This document shows positions 12,883 to 28,278 of a stretch of DNA of 64,000 bases, piece by piece. Location: positions 27,757,951-27,821,950 of the forward strand of contig CM119263.1 in the NCBI GenBank assembly GCA_051294375.1, in the 5' to 3' direction. The first letter of the stretch is position 1; the number at the start of each line of letters is the position of its first letter. A model generated the notes under the pieces. The model had not been told where the DNA came from, did no database searches, and saw only the letters and a program-made list of their open reading frames with translations. Both the position numbers and the translations under genes were made by a program. The DNA is from Paraspadella gotoi (taxonomy: Eukaryota; Animalia; Chaetognatha).

Positions 12883-14844
12883 TACACTATTAGTGTGATA
12901 ATTCTATTTAGCACCTTTTCTTAGTTCGATTTACATAAGCTTCGCCACTAAGTTTAACTTTAATCGCATTGTTTTAAACCAATATATTTCTACAAAGAAG
13001 CCAAGCGGCCAAAAATGGGAGAATTTAACAATTTTTGTTGCTTTTGATACGGTTTTTAATTATTTTTATCTTTGGTGTCAGTTTTTTATTAAATATCTTT
13101 TTTTCCGCTTTTACTTTCCATTTTCCAATTTCATCTTTAATAACTTCTAATTTTTATTTTACTACTCTCTCTTTTTAAATAATTTTATTTTTAATTTGTT
13201 TTTGATCTATGGACTTAATTTTCATCCCCGCGTGGCTGTGAAAATTAATCTAATTAATCTAAAAAAATTAAAAACATCTGATATGTAAACCTCACCCACG
13301 TCTGATTGTCTTTCAGCTCTACTTCTGATCCTAATCCTTTTATATGAAGAACGAGTCTCCCGTCGCTTTTTCATTTCTCTTTTTTTCATGTTTACATCCG
13401 ATTTAGAAATAATAAATTTTTTTTACATCGTCTTCCTTATTCAATGTTTTTCATATCCGTTCGATTCCAACATCATTTCTGAATTTTATAATGACAGTTT
13501 TCTTTTCCTTTTTTTCCCACCTTTTTCTCTTTGCCTCCATCGCTTCGACCATCTGCACCCCAATTATCTCTTTCCCGATCGTAATTCTGCCCAATGTTAC
13601 CTTACCCTTTTAAGAAGCATCATTTTTAATAGCTTTAGTAAAAAACAAATAAATTAACCAACGGGTCGCCTTTTCTCAACCCCCCCTAAATTCCCACCTC
13701 ACCTCAACCTCACCCACAGCCCACCCCAGGGATTCCCCCCGTGAGCTTCTTAGAATGTCATTCGGGATTCTTCCTCTCCTCTTCCTCTCCTCCTCCTCTT
13801 CCTCTTCCTCTTCCTCTTCCTCTCCCTCCTCTTTTGAATGACGGTTCGGATTACGGCTCATTCCAGACCGGGAAAAGCAGGGAAGACAAAGAGGGCGACA
13901 GGGCAGGAAAGACAAGGAAGGGGGAACATGGCAGGGAAATAAAAATTTGATGAAAGAAAGGGAATGTCAAAAATGGGCAGGAAATTATGAAATAAAGATA
14001 AAAAGTAAAAAGAAAAAAATAATTACATATCGATAATATCTTGGTACCGGCACGGATGTAGAATTAAAAAGCATGGAAAGCTAAAAAAAATTTACCCCGA
14101 CTAGGCGAGCAAAGGAAGCAAGGTTGGCATGGAAAGAGATCCTTGTCTTGAGAGGCGCCGAGGGAAAACTTCCAGGTATCCACTTAAGTCGGCGAATGGG
14201 ATAAGACGAGATTTGAGATGTTGGAGGACGAAGAGAGAGAGAGAAAGACTTTGAATGTGGAGTGGATAACTGGATATTAAAGCGGAATAAAAAATATTAA
14301 AATCAAGTAGATCAAAATTCGATTTTTTTTTTTGAAATAAAAGAGACAATTTGACAATTAAGATGATAAATTTTTTTTTTTTACTATTAATATTTTTATC
14401 ATTATTACTATTATTATTTTTATCATAAAAAGATAAAACGATAAAAAGATAAAACGATAAAACAATAAAAGAAACAATTTGACATTCAAACGATAAATGA
14501 GCATTGAGCAAGACTAATTGCACTGATGGCACTAAAAATAAAAAGATAATTTTATGAAATTGAACAATTAAGGATCAATCGCGGACACTGCAAATTGGAA
14601 AAGCATTAAGTATACCAATGAAAATCACGAGTAAATATTATCATTATGGTTCCTAACATTTACACTAGGCCATTGGCAATTTTTTTTTTAAGTCATAGAC
14701 AGAAACTTGGCAAATGAAAATCACGAGTAAATACTATCATTATGGAACCTAACATTTAAACAAGGCCGTCTAATAGTAGATCATGAACAGGCTTGTAGCT
14801 GTGAACATTTTTAAATAAAAAAAAATATTTCTTATTTTTCAATT

Positions 14845-15243
14845 TGGCGTTTGTATAAATACCAAGTGCATCAATCGTGTTAGCATGAAAGTAAGGGGCA
14901 TGGGAGAGATAGATGTAAATACCAAACATTTACATGAATGCCAAGAGTATCTTTGACTTTGGTATTGGTCTAAATGACAAGGGTATCGGTGACGTTGGGG
15001 TAAATGTCATGGCATCAATGGCATTGGCAATAATGCTTTGGGCATCGCCTCGGTGAGGCTGATGTAAATGACATGGGTATCTATGGGGTCGACGTAAAAG
15101 CTAAAAGTATCCTTGACTTTGGCATAAATGTCAAGAATAACCGTGGCGTTGGCGTAAATGCCAAGGGCATCCGTGGCTTTGGCGTAAATGCCCAGAGTAT
15201 CCGTGGCGTTGGCTTAAATGCCAAAGGCAACGGTGACGTTGGC
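14845..15243. repeat. Degenerate 30-bp minisatellite
   Basis: Unit ggcgtaaatgccaagggcatccgtggcgtt, best conserved at 15121-15243. Confidence 0.8.
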
Positions 15244-16761
15244 TCCGCGCAATTAGTCTACCCCGACGCCGCTCGTGCGAGAAGGCAAAAAAAAAATCGA
15301 CTTGGAGGGAAAAAGGAGAAATTTTTACGATCGAAATTTTTATTCACGGAGAGAAATTGGAAAGATAAAAGTTGGATAACGAAATAAAAGACTAATATAT
15401 AAAAATTTGTGAGGAGAAAAGAAAGGAGTTTTGGGAAGAGAGAAGCAACGAATATGAATATATGAATATGAATAATAGGGAAAAAGAAAAATACAGTCAT
15501 GTGCAAAAAAATCGCGCCACTGTATTTCAGACTTTATTTAAATTTTTTTTAAAATTTAAAAGTGAATTAAAGTTTATTAAAAAAATATAAGTTTGGCATA
15601 AATTTTTTTACAATTCGGCCATCCGTTTAGGATCAGTAATTTTTAGTCGGATCTNNNNNNNNNNTAATTTTTTAAAATAAGGTACTCTACCTCAAAATTG
15701 AATGTGAAAAAAATCTGACAGATTTAAGACTAATTTTTTTTCTGATACTTTACATTCCTTTTAATAGATTAAAAATATAAAAAAATTATACCAGACATCT
15801 GGAGGGATAGCTAGATAACTGGATGCTTCAGATCCTTAAATAATAATCTTAAGGTTATTGAAACATATGATAAAAAATAGGTCCATAATTCTGATGCTTT
15901 TAAATAAAAGTTAATTTTCCCCGTTTGATTTTTAAAAACTCAAGTTTAAAAAATCATATCTCTTTAGCCACTTGTAATAAAATTTAGATAAATTAAATTT
16001 TTTTTTAAATTATTTTTCTTATATAATTTTTAAAAATATTTTTATAGAGTATCTGGAATTTAAAGTTATAAAGTGGCGAGTTTTTTTTTTGCACAGGAGT
16101 GTAGAAATTAAAATGGAAAAAGAAAATGATAAAAATAGAAGGATGAGGAAAAAAAATCCAAGGACGAGAGACTCGAGCCTTAATTTTCGAAATTGAATCG
16201 ATGATTTTAATTCTCATCTCGCGCGATCGTGAACCGTGAAAAGCGTGAAACGTCTCACGATCGTTCGACCGAATGACATCTCATAATTTTTTTTTTCGTC
16301 ACGTGAGGACGAGACGATCATTGAGCCGTGAGAGAGCGCGAGTGATCCGAAAACCGGTGAGTGACAACCCGTCGTCTATGAAAGATCGCCTTGGTTGCTT
16401 GGATTGCCAGCTCTGTGTTTATGATTTTTTCTTAAAGGACTTGTTGGTTCAAACAAAATAATCTTTTGAACATTTTTTAAAAAGAATGTCTGAGTACTTT
16501 TTATGCAAGCAATATTTTGTTGCATCTCAAAAACATTGACCTCATCAAATTCTATGCTTCATCTTCTGAACCATCTCCCACCATCTTCTGACAACTTGTG
16601 ACCATCTGTTTCAAGCTTCTTTGATTTGACCCTGATCCACGTAGAACGCGTCAGATCTGAAGACGTCTTCGTTGTTGTTGTTGTTGTTGTCGCGAATTTC
16701 TCTCTCAAAATCTGAGACAAAAAAAAAAATAAGGAATTACCGTATGGAAACGAAGGCCTTT

Positions 16762-16796
<35 letters not shown>

Positions 16797-16891
16797 TTTG
16801 TCATTTCAGATTGTGGTAATCTTCGTTTTTGTCATCGTAGTTGTGGTCATCGAGTTATCGCAAGCCGGCCGAAAGAGCATGACGCTTGCAG

Positions 16892-17410
16892 ATGGCGCCG
16901 GGGTGACGTCGGATTGAGGCGCCGGCCGATGGCGCCGGGGTAACGCCGGATTTTGGCGCCGGCCGATGACGCCGGTTCGACGCCGGATTTTGGCGCCGGC
17001 CGGTTTGGTTTTCCGCCTCATCCTCGACCTTTGATGAAGTCAAAGGTTATTTTTTTTTCTAACGCATCATTTTTTTTTTGAGAAAAGAAAAATCAATTTG
17101 CCGGTTCGGTTGTGACCTGATGGATTATGGGAGAAGCGACAAGAGGCATCAGAAGCGGAAATAAGAAGAGAATCAGAAGCGGAGATGAGAAGAAAATCAG
17201 AAGCGGATATATGAGAATCAGAAGCGGAGATGAGAAGAGAATCAGAAGCGGATGGGAAAGGAATCTGAAGCGGTTGCGAAGCGGAGAGATGGGAGACTTG
17301 AGCAAGTGAATTCGACTTTCGGAGATTTCGTTGTCCTTTTCGACTTGACGTCTTCGTCGTGGTCTTTATCGTCGTTTTTTTCGTCGTTTTCGTCGTCCTC
17401 GTCGTCATCG

Positions 17411-17481
<71 letters not shown>

Positions 17482-17700
17482 TTGTTTTCATAAGCTGTAC
17501 TACTAATCCATTTCTTTGCGCATCTCCCAGACAGCTAGTCACCATCTGCCAAGTTGTCCACAGCCACTCATCCTCTGCCATCTCTCCGATTGCCATTCAC
17601 CCTCTGCCATCTCTCCGACTGCCATTCACCCTCTGCCATTCACCCTCTGCCATTCACCCTCTGCCATTCACCCTCTGCCATCTCCCCGATTGCCATCTCC
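16892..17700. repeat. Cluster of tandem repeats: ~36-bp ggcgccgg unit (16892-17003), 24-bp atcagaagcggagatgagaaga unit (17145-17290), (CAT)n (17405-17481), 14-bp ctctgccattcacc unit (17572-17700)
   Basis: Directly visible periodicities. Confidence 0.85.
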
Positions 17701-18797
17701 CACATCTCTCGTCTCCTTTTTTTCCCCTCCGACGAACGAGTTTTCCTCCCACGACGATAAACCCACGCGTCACCTTTGACCGTCGCCAATTCCGACGACG
17801 ACGCCGACCCTGCCGACGCTGCCGTCGCTGACGTCGACTCCTCTGCCGACACAGCCGACGCCCACTGCTCCTCCTCCGAGACCGTCGAGCGCTTACAACT
17901 CCGCCGCCCAGTCGATCAATGAGGCTTCGTTCGGTCACTCCAACTTTTACTTCTTTAACTCTATCAACATCTTCAACATCAACTTCTTCTATAACTCCAT
18001 ATCCATCCAAATCGGACGTCTGTTGTCGCGTCGTTCGTTCTGGTTAGTGAAAAATTCTGACCAACCGATTGGCGATCACCGAAATCCGAGGTGGATTTTT
18101 TATTCTCGTTAATTCGCCACCAACCGCAAAAACCACTTAAAGTCAAACGTCACCGATTTCTCCGACACCGTCACACTCATCATCATCATCATCATCGTCG
18201 TCGTCGTCGTCATCGTCGCAACCACCATCTTTATTACAACACACCGACCACCATCCTCCACCATCCTAGGCCAGGGTAAAAAAAAAAATTACTCGTTACG
18301 CCTTTTTTTTTTCGTCCGTAATATTTGTACTTATGCTGATCCCTCTAGCGGTGACTGGCTCACACCCACTGAATGTGCGGAGCGTGAATATGAATACGAT
18401 TGGTTTCTTTTTTGCAGATGGAAGAGCGATAGGATGGGAATTGAAATGCCGCTTTGAGGAGGGAAAAGATTTAGCTTTAAAAAAAATAGGAAGAGAGAGG
18501 GGGGAGAATTAATTAATACTCTTTAGAACTAATTATTCTTATTCAAATCATTACTTTTTAGAATTAATTTATAGTTGTTAGAATTAATTCATAATCTTTA
18601 AGAATAATACTCCGAAGAAATAATTAATACTCTTTAAAATGAATCAATACTCTTTAGCTTTCGAATTTAACGACGGAGAGAAATCTAAGGGTCGCGTGAA
18701 CTTATCTCGCCTTTGTGAACCCGTGAGACTCAGTTTGATTAAGAGGACTATTTTCAGTCTCTTTGTCTCAGTCTCTATCTCTCTTTCTCTGTTATCT

Positions 18798-18889
<92 letters not shown>

Positions 18890-19327
18890 CTGACGTCGTT
18901 AGAATTCATATCAATTTTCATTAGTTCCGTTTTCCCAGCTTCCGTTTTTCCAACGACCGCAGAACAAAAGCGAAATGTCGCTCGAATTAAAAATAAATTA
19001 ATATTCTTCGCGAATTTTAAAAAAAAATAATTTTTTCTCGCTTCTCTGTCACGTCTTGAATTTAATCGGAAAACTTCGCTCCAGGGGTGAATAGATTTTG
19101 ATTAGGAATCGGTTCTGAATAATGATCGATTAGTTTAATTATTCTATTTTTACAATATGAATAATTTTTTTCCAAAATATGAAAATTTTTTTTTTTCGGT
19201 CTGTTAATTTATTATATTTTTGCATTAATTTTTGCATTAATTATGTCCTGTTATCTTTATATAAAAATATTTTTTCTTACCATTCTCATTAGTTTTAATT
19301 CCTATCATCTTTTCTTAAAAAATGAAA

Positions 19328-19510
19328 ATATCTACCCCTGCCTATCTCGTTTATTTTATTTCCTTTTATCTTTCCTAATCTTTATTTAAAAATACAATTA
19401 TCTACCACTGCCTTGCTCATTTCTTTCATTCCCATTATCGTAATTCAAAAACTCAGTTATCTACCCCTGCCTTGCTCATTTGTTTTATTTCCTTTTATCT
19501 TTATTCAAAA
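19328..19510. repeat. Minisatellite, ~60-68-bp unit, 3 copies
   Basis: Repeated tatctacccctgccttgctcattt..tttatttccttttatc. Confidence 0.75.
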
Positions 19511-20026
19511 TTCCGTCCGACGTCGCTAATCTCGTTTCCGCGCCTCGATTTCGTCTTTTTCTTCTTTTCCAGTTAAATCGTCACTTTATTTAATTTTCTC
19601 GTCACTTTATCAGCGAATCGGACGACGTTTTCGATAATCGGTTTTTTTCCTTTGGGAATTCCTTTCCACTTCAAGTTAAAACTTCAAGGAAGAAAGAGAA
19701 GAAATGAGAGAAATTTCAGTGAAATTCAATACAATACAATACAATACAATACAACCAGGAGAACCACGAAAACTGACCCCAAAGAAAAAGTTGTAGCATC
19801 TGAACTCTATATCCGATTTTAATGAACAAGCTTTTATAAAATTATAGAAAAAAAAACATGTTAGTTTTATGAGCACCCACTTTTTTTAGCTTTTCAATAA
19901 TTCCGCATCCCAAAAATCACGTTGTCGCAACTTACCAGTTTTTGTTGGGGGGTCAGTTTCGTTGGCTCTCCTGGAAAGTGGACAAACTTCCATCCTTACA
20001 TTATTATTATATTTTCTTTCTTCCTT

Positions 20027-20127
20027 CTTTTTAGTTGCGCCGCGAGTACTTGCGGAGCAACTCTATAAATCCCTTTTCGGTCGGTCTGTCGGTCCATCGG
20101 TATGTCTTTCGGTCGGTATGTCTGTCT
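20027..20127 (+). mobile_element. Helentron/DINE-1-like element head
   Basis: ttttagttgc...gcaactctata followed by (gtcg/gtct)n. A related head lies on the - strand at ~21888-21930. Confidence 0.5.
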
Positions 20128-20137
20128 CTCTTCCTTC

Positions 20138-20185
<48 letters not shown>

Positions 20186-20690
20186 TTCTTTCTTTTCTTT
20201 CTTTCTTTTCTTTCTTTCATTTTTTTTACCTCCTCCTCTTTTCTTCTTTTCATCCCAAACTGTCTTTTCCCAAAATTTCTTTCCTCCCTTCGTCCCTTCC
20301 TCCCCTCTTCTTCTTCTTCCTTCTTCTTCCTCCTCTACTTCTTTTTCCTCCTCTCCTTCTTTTTCCTCCCCGTCTCCTTCCAGCGCACGTGCTTGGCCGG
20401 TTTCTCGCGATTGCCGCGGCGGGACGCGAAAACCCGCGCGCTCCCTCGCTCCCCGCGCGTCTGCCATCTAGCGACGCGACCCGAGAACCGCGGGGGCGTG
20501 CCCGAAAAAAAAGGAGGGCTTTTGTTTGTTGTGAGTTTTTTTTTTGTTTTTGTTTACGTTTTTGTTTACCGCGTGGACATCGACGGATTTCGTTTTTTAC
20601 TTCGAAATCGACGAAGTTAAAGCCAAGCCGACTTTTCGCCGACATTTTTTAGTTTTTATTTTTATCGTCAAATTTCGCGTGAGTAAACCA

Positions 20691-20787
<97 letters not shown>

Positions 20788-21178
20788 TAGAGAGAGTTGG
20801 ATTAAGTTAATTTACTCTAATGCGAAAAAGAAAAAAATCCCGAATTTTCGCTTTCATCGAAAAATAAGTGAACGGAAATGCATTAACGAAAACGCGTTAA
20901 AACAAACGTGTCTCCGAGAGAACATCAATCGCACAGCATTTGAACGGAACTACGTCAAAAATTGTCTACCATCAACGGAACCGCGTCACTTACCACAGAA
21001 AAAACTGCGTCAGTGAGTCACCACCAAAGAGCAAAATGTTTTATCGGCTTCATTTTTCACTCTTAGACTTTGCTGATGACGTAAGGCTTCTTTTCGCTTT
21101 ATTCTTTATGATTTCTTGTCGTTGTTGTTATTCTGCCCTGGTTGTTGTTATGCATTAAGCCGTTTATATCTTCGTCAA

Positions 21179-21222
<44 letters not shown>

Positions 21223-21729
21223 TTCGGCTTTTGTCAGTTAATCGAGTCGTGGTTCCTTTTAGGTCGATGAGGTTAAATTCGCGGCATTAATTTTGATTTT
21301 GCTCCGTCGTCTTTGTCGTTATCGTCGTCGTCTTCATCATCATTGCAAACATCTAATCGTCGTCGTAGTCGTCGTCGTCGTCGTCGTAAAAAAACTTCGA
21401 CAAAAATGAAATCTTTCTGCGGAATCCAAAAATTTAATTTCTAATATTTTCAACGATCAAAAGCAGGACGCTATCTATTGCACTTTTGAAATGCCATTTT
21501 TTTAAAATTAAAACGAAAAAATGAAAATAAAAAATAAAAATTCAACGGCCGTCTTACGCTTACGCAATACACGAAGCCGGGCGCCATTGTTTTCACTTCA
21601 GTGGCGCAAAAATAAGAAGAAAATCTAATTAAAACGAGAAACGAGAAAATAAAAACAAAAACAAGAAAAAACAGAAAAGAAGTCGACAAGAGAGTTTATG
21701 GGGTATGAGGGGGTAGAGAAGTCAGTTTC

Positions 21730-21851
<122 letters not shown>

Positions 21852-22416
21852 GTTGTTCAAACAGGACATAATAATATTCTAAATTAGCTTATAGGGATGT
21901 AGTTCTTCAGGAAGCGCCGCATCTAAAAGTACATAAAAAGAGAAATTTTTTTTCGCGACTTTAAAACTTAAAAGATGAAATCTTGAGGGAGAGAATTCGT
22001 TGGTGGGGAAAACTTCAAAAAGAATTCTTGTGAAGGAATTTGGGAAAATTTTTAAAGAAGAAAATAAATAAATGGTGGGATTTTGCAAGAGAGATTTAGA
22101 GTTACTTTTATCAAACCACGCATCTCAAATAAATATAGCACAACATTTGTGGCCAAACCATCGCCCGTCGAAGGGGTCAATTTCAGTAAAAAGTTTTTCT
22201 GGTGTAACCCCGAGATCACTTTGTATACCTTAAGAATAACCTTACCACAAGTAAATTTCCACAACCGATTGGAATCCCTGTCCTTGTCTTCCATTGCAAA
22301 CTTTGAAACTTGCAATTATAAAGTACACAATCTATAACCAATCCATTCATTTAACAATTACATACGCTATCTTGCCCCTGACTTTGGACAGTAGCAAAAA
22401 TTATAAAATCATGAGA

Positions 22417-22688
22417 TCATGAACAGGCTTAACATTTTTAAAATTTTTAAAATTCTTTTTTAAAATTTTTTTTTTAAATTATTTTTCATTTTTCGGTTTT
22501 TGCAATAGCCCATATTCATGCATTGTACTCGCCATAGAAAAAAGTTAAAATTCTAAAATTTTCCCTAGTTTTGAAAGCAGATTAAATTTTGTCATTTTCT
22601 ATGGTGAGTACTACGTATTAATAATAATACGAAAATTTAGAAATTAAACGTGAATTTTTTATATATCAATGTTCTTTAGTTCATGATT
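22417..22688. mobile_element. Degenerate MITE-like foldback element
   Basis: atcatgaac..aacatt vs aatgtt..gttcatgat; inner gtactcgccatagaaaa vs ttttctatggtgagtac. A related left end occurs at ~14779-14815. Confidence 0.6.
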
Positions 22689-24815
22689 AACTATTCATAT
22701 TTTGCTCTGTAGCTTATTGGACGGGAATTGATGAGTTAAGACCTCCATCACAGACTCTTTCACAGTCTAGTTTATTCACTACTAAAATACCTGATTTCCC
22801 TATAAACCGTAAACTTTAGTCTTTAATCTTTAATCTTTAATCTCGTTAAGCTTTGACCTTTCAACATGAAATCTTCTTGAAGTTCTAGCTGGCTTTAGAC
22901 TTACTTGCAACTCGTGTGCTCTAAATAATACTTTACCCCGCCACTCCCACTAAATAAATTTTATCGTCCCAAAAAAGTAAATCCCGAAAAATCTCTAAAG
23001 ATTCGATTCTCGAATTTTGAAAACTCTGGGGAGGGGAATTCCGAGAAATCTCGTCGGGGATTCCATTCGAAAAGACGAATCGGAATTTGATTCCATCAAG
23101 TTTGAAAGAAAAGGAAAATGGATGAGTCGTTTGGAGAAACGACGATCTCCAACAGACTCTCTTTTTTTTTAAAAACTCGTTATTATTTTAGAACATATGA
23201 GAAATTGATTGTGGTCGATCGAAATTAATTTTTATCGGACGTCACGAGTTATGGTTTGTGAATTAAGTTACGAGTTTTAATTGAAAATCGCCATTAATTG
23301 ACTAAAATGCGCGCGGAAAAACCTCACCCTTCCTCACGTATCTCCTTACTCTATCCTTTCTTTCTGCTATCTTCAACTAAATCTATACTTTTGTACTTTC
23401 TCTCTCATTAATCTAAATTGCATTATGGAAAATTTTTGACTTTTTATAAATTTTCACAACACAACAGTTGAAAAAAAAAAATCAAAATAAATTGATAGGA
23501 AAATTATCTTCAATGACAATGCACACGTGTGGGTACATAGGATACAATGGTGAGAGAGAGGGGAAAGGGTAGAGAGGAATAAGATTCTCTTTTTTTTCTC
23601 CTCTTAGAATTCGGCGTACACGTAGAGATGCTCTTTATTATGTTTGAGTAAGAAAGAGAGAGAGAAAGAGCGGAAGATATGAGAGAAGAGAGAAGAGAAG
23701 AGAGAGAAATGAGAGAGAGAGAGACGAGAGAGAGAGGATGGAGAGAGATGATGAGATCGAGAGGGAGCACTCTAGAACTTGACGAGAGATGATGACGGAG
23801 AGAATGAGAATCGATTTCTTGGAGCTACCGCGGGAATTTTCAAAAGAAAAAAAAAAAAGTGGGTTATTCTCGTTTCCGATATCGATCCGGTGACTTCTTC
23901 ACAATAGGTCAATAACAATAACAACAAAGACGACGACGACGACGACGACGACGACGATAATTTTCCTCTTTAGTCAGATTTTTCGACAATAAAATTGTCG
24001 TCGTTTGTCGATAATAAAGGAGAACGACCGTGATCTTTTTTTATTATCACAAAATTAATATTTTCAAGGTAATTTATTAATGTACCGATGCAATTAATCA
24101 TTTATTGACTATGTTTTTCACATTACAATGTTCTAATGCTTTTTGTTCTTTTCTCGGTCTGCCCCCGTTTATTAAAAAAAAAAGAATATATCGTGGTTTT
24201 GATTTTAAATTAAAGATGGCGTCGATAAATTCATCGTCTTTTCAGTCGTCGTCGTCGTCGTTGTTCATCGTTTTTTTTTCGTCGTTTCGCAAAACGTTTG
24301 AATATATTATGCGTCGTTCCTTCGATTAGCAGCCTTCGCTTGCTTATTGCGTTATCATCTTGTTGCTTGCTAATGGCATTCCCACACTGATTACAAATTG
24401 CCTCCGTCCTTCTTTTTTTTTGCCTCCAAACGGCTGCATTTAACTTTATTTTTTTGTAATCTCTTCGCGTCATATTTTCACGAAACGCAAAAAACAAAAA
24501 ACAAAAACAAAAAAAGAAAAGAATACGACTAAAACACACTCATATTTCACCAACGAAATAAGAGCTATTGAAATGATAGATCTTAATGTGACGTTTTAAT
24601 AAACAACTTGTACGCATTAAATGGTTAAAGACCTCGCTCCTATATTTTTCAAGACTTGACAAAGTGCGGAGACTCCGATGACAAATCTAAGAAAATGTCG
24701 AGAATTTCTTGGAAACTAATTTTTTATTGCATTGTGAATATTCAGACTTTTTCGTTGTGTTTCGAATTAAGTTTTACAACAACGATGAGTTTTATTTGTA
24801 ATATATATAATAATT

Positions 24816-24867
<52 letters not shown>

Positions 24868-25122
24868 TTTAAGTTGCCTCTGCTTTCAGACTTATTTTAC
24901 AAATGGCGACGATCGACGTTTCAAAAGTTGTTTATTTATCGAAGTTAAAAACAGTCGATGACATAAAATATTTCCAAATACAAACGTTATCTAAAATAAC
25001 CCAGATTGCCTCGGCCAACCCTTTTCACTCTTTCTTCAATTATCCGTCGTCGCGACTCCCGATTGCGAATTTGGGAAAACTTGAACTAAGATATTTTCAT
25101 TCCTAATCGTCGGATTGAGCAG

Positions 25123-25740
25123 TAAGGCGTAGTGAAAAGTTACATACGAAAATTTCTAAAGTCAATTATGAACAACATACCATCATGTGCAACATTAATT
25201 TGTAAAAAAATTAATTTTATGTTTTTTAATTTTCCGCAGTAGGCTATATTATATATAGTACTATACTTATTAAAATCGAAATATTTCAAAATAGGCTTTT
25301 CTTAATTTTGATTGCAGATTTGAATTCCTCATCAATAAGTTGATAAAAGAAAAATATAAATCATTTTTAAAAATTCTATCATTAAGTGGGTTAAAAATTA
25401 AAAAAACTATATTTAATATATAAAAAGTTAATTTTTCAGCTTAAAATATAGCTTTTTCTAATTTTTGACCCACTTAATGAAGGAATTTTAAAAAAGAATT
25501 AATATTTCTTTCTAATCAACTTTTATGACGAATCCAAATCTGCAAAAAATCTTAGAAAAAACTGTTTTGAATTATTAACATTTATTGGTTTTAATACTAG
25601 TATAAATATGGCCTACTGCGTAAATGTAAAATTTATTATAAATTTTTTATTACATAAATGTTCATTAATAATAATGTTGTTCGTTCCTCATTTTTAGAAT
25701 TTTAATTTAAATTAAATTTAGAAAATTTTACTACGCCTTA
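25123..25740. mobile_element. Foldback/MITE-type non-autonomous DNA transposon with target-site duplication (MULE- or hAT-like)
   Basis: Termini taaggcgtagt...actacgcctta. Interior imperfectly palindromic (cgcagtaggc/gcctactgcg; tcattaagtggg/cccacttaatga). Flanked by ttgagcag at 25115-25122 and 25741-25748, extendable to 10-bp attgagcagt. Confidence 0.85.
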
Positions 25741-26401
25741 TTGAGCAGTCTTCCCCGACGGCGACGCTCGACACCGCCGATGCAAACAATAATAATAATA
25801 TATAATAATAATAATAATATAATAATAATTAATAATAATAATAATAATAATAACAATAATAATAAATATATTGGTGCTTTTTGGTTTATTTAAATTCCTT
25901 CGGTACGTGTTACATTAGTAATTAAAAAAATTAAGATTTTTTGTCAAATTTAACTAATTAAATGAAGACTGATGCCTAAAAAAGTATTCCCACGGTTGCT
26001 AAATTTTTGAGCCTTTCTTTAACCGCCATTTTTCATCATAAGTTTTCTCTTTTTTTTTTAAGTCTGCGAACAAATTTTTTTTTTCCAAATAATTTATAAA
26101 GAAAAATTTCCTTCGACGAGGGAAAAGAATGACGTCGCTGCTTTTTTGCTCTTCTGTTTATTTGACATAATGTACATAGAAAATATATTGTTTTTCTTTT
26201 TATTTTCTTCTACCTTCACCATTTTTAAAAATTTATTTATAATATGAAAATTTGCAAAATTATTTGTTTCACTATTTTCTATTTTTCTATTTCTTGAATG
26301 TTTTAGTCTTTAATCTATATTATTAAAAAGATCGCCCATTGAGCGGCTCACTGGAGTAACCCTGCAAAATCTGGTCAGATCATAGACCTTCCTCTGTTTC
26401 C

Positions 26402-26458
<57 letters not shown>

Positions 26459-26611
26459 AGCTATTGTGTTACTTCATCGACTTTTTATCCTTTCGTTGGT
26501 CGACGAGCAAATTAGCTTCTGGAATAGTAAAGAAGCAAATGAAGTAATTATTCCGGTTTAATGAATAATCCTGAATCATCATTCATTTCCTGTCAAAGGG
26601 GAAAGAGAGAG

Positions 26612-26652
<41 letters not shown>

Positions 26653-27002
26653 GAGAGAGAGGAAAAGAGAGAGTCAGAAGTGGAGAAGAAAAGTAAATTG
26701 AGAGATCAGAGCCAGCGACAGTAAAGAATGGTGAAAGAAAAGTGAAAATTGAGATGAGAGAGAAAGACAAAATATAGAAACAAAGTGTTTTAAAGGTTTA
26801 ACGTCTTGAGGTTAAAAAGGGGAACATACAACATTATTTAAAAAATTTTAAGAGATGGTTTAGCAAAGCAATTTTATCCTAAAATATAGGATGGAAACTA
26901 TGATGGCATCATTGACAAAGATAGAAAAAGAAAACAGAAAAAATTAAAAACAAAAAAGTTCATAAAAAAATTGAATGTAGTACAAAAAGATAAAAGAGAA
27001 AA

Positions 27003-27074
<72 letters not shown>

Positions 27075-27225
27075 CCGATAAAAAAAGTGAGCTGAGATGT
27101 AGAATGGATGAAGGCAAAAAAGGAACTGGAGTCTGAGAGGTTTTTGAAGGTATAATTTGTTTTGTATCAGAAAGAAAAAAAAGAGAAAAGATAGGAGGGA
27201 GAAAAAGGAGGAATCAGAAAAAAAT

Positions 27226-27312
<87 letters not shown>

Positions 27313-28182
27313 GAGCTCTAAAAAGACAGAGAGCGAGCACCTCCTTTGGACTTTTCTTTTTTCCTCCAGCAAAATTTGTTCCTAAGTGGAGAAAGATCAA
27401 TAGAGGAGCTCATGTCTGCCCGTTCGCCTTTTTTTTTCGGTCAGTCCGTCAGTCCGTTATTTCTTTCGTCCGTCGATTCCTTCGTGAGTTTTTTCTTTTT
27501 CCTCATTTCAAACCTCGAGTCCATTCGTCGGTCAGTCCGTTCATCTCCATATTTCTTTGAAAATTCTGTCAGTCCTTTGGGCTCATATTTTTTTCCAATC
27601 GGTCAATCCCTTTGTCCCTCGGTCCTTCTTCAAGTCCGTACCGTCAAACGATCTCTCATTTTCACCTCACGGTGTCGCCGGTGACCTTTCGAGTCTTGAC
27701 GTGAGTGGGAAGAGATGGGGGGACAAAGGGGGGAAGTAATAGTGGGTTGGGGGTTGGACAAAGAGGATGAGAGAAAATTGGTTCGTTGGGAAAGGTCCCA
27801 TAAATGAGAACTTTTTTTATCCTATCTCAATTATATCTATTTTTTTTAGTTTTAATTTTAACTTTTAATTTTAATTTTTTTCCTATTTTACTTGTTTTTT
27901 AATTTTTTTAAAAAATTTTAAAATTTTTCTGTTTTTCCTTTCCTTTTCTCGAATGTTTATTGTTTATTTCCTTTTCTTTTCTTTCCTTTTAATGACTTTT
28001 TTCTCTCCTTTCCTTTCTTTTTCTTTTTTTAATCTCCACATTTTTCTTTATCTTTAAAAATACTTCGTAAATTCTACGAATTTTTCTTCTCCGAATTTTC
28101 AACGGTGTCCTTTGGGAAACCCTTACCCTCGAATCCACCGTCGAGAGAGAGAGGGAGAAGAGAGAGAGAGAGCAGAGGAGAG

Positions 28183-28278
<96 letters not shown>

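Noticed and set aside
15073-15387. ORF with GVNAKGIRG repeats
   Set aside because: Part of a 30-bp minisatellite that degrades upstream; no exon boundaries.
19962-20652. Overlapping 130-205 aa ORFs, and the many ERERER/SLSLSL ORFs elsewhere
   Set aside because: Stop-poor (TTTC)n and (GA)n microsatellite translations.
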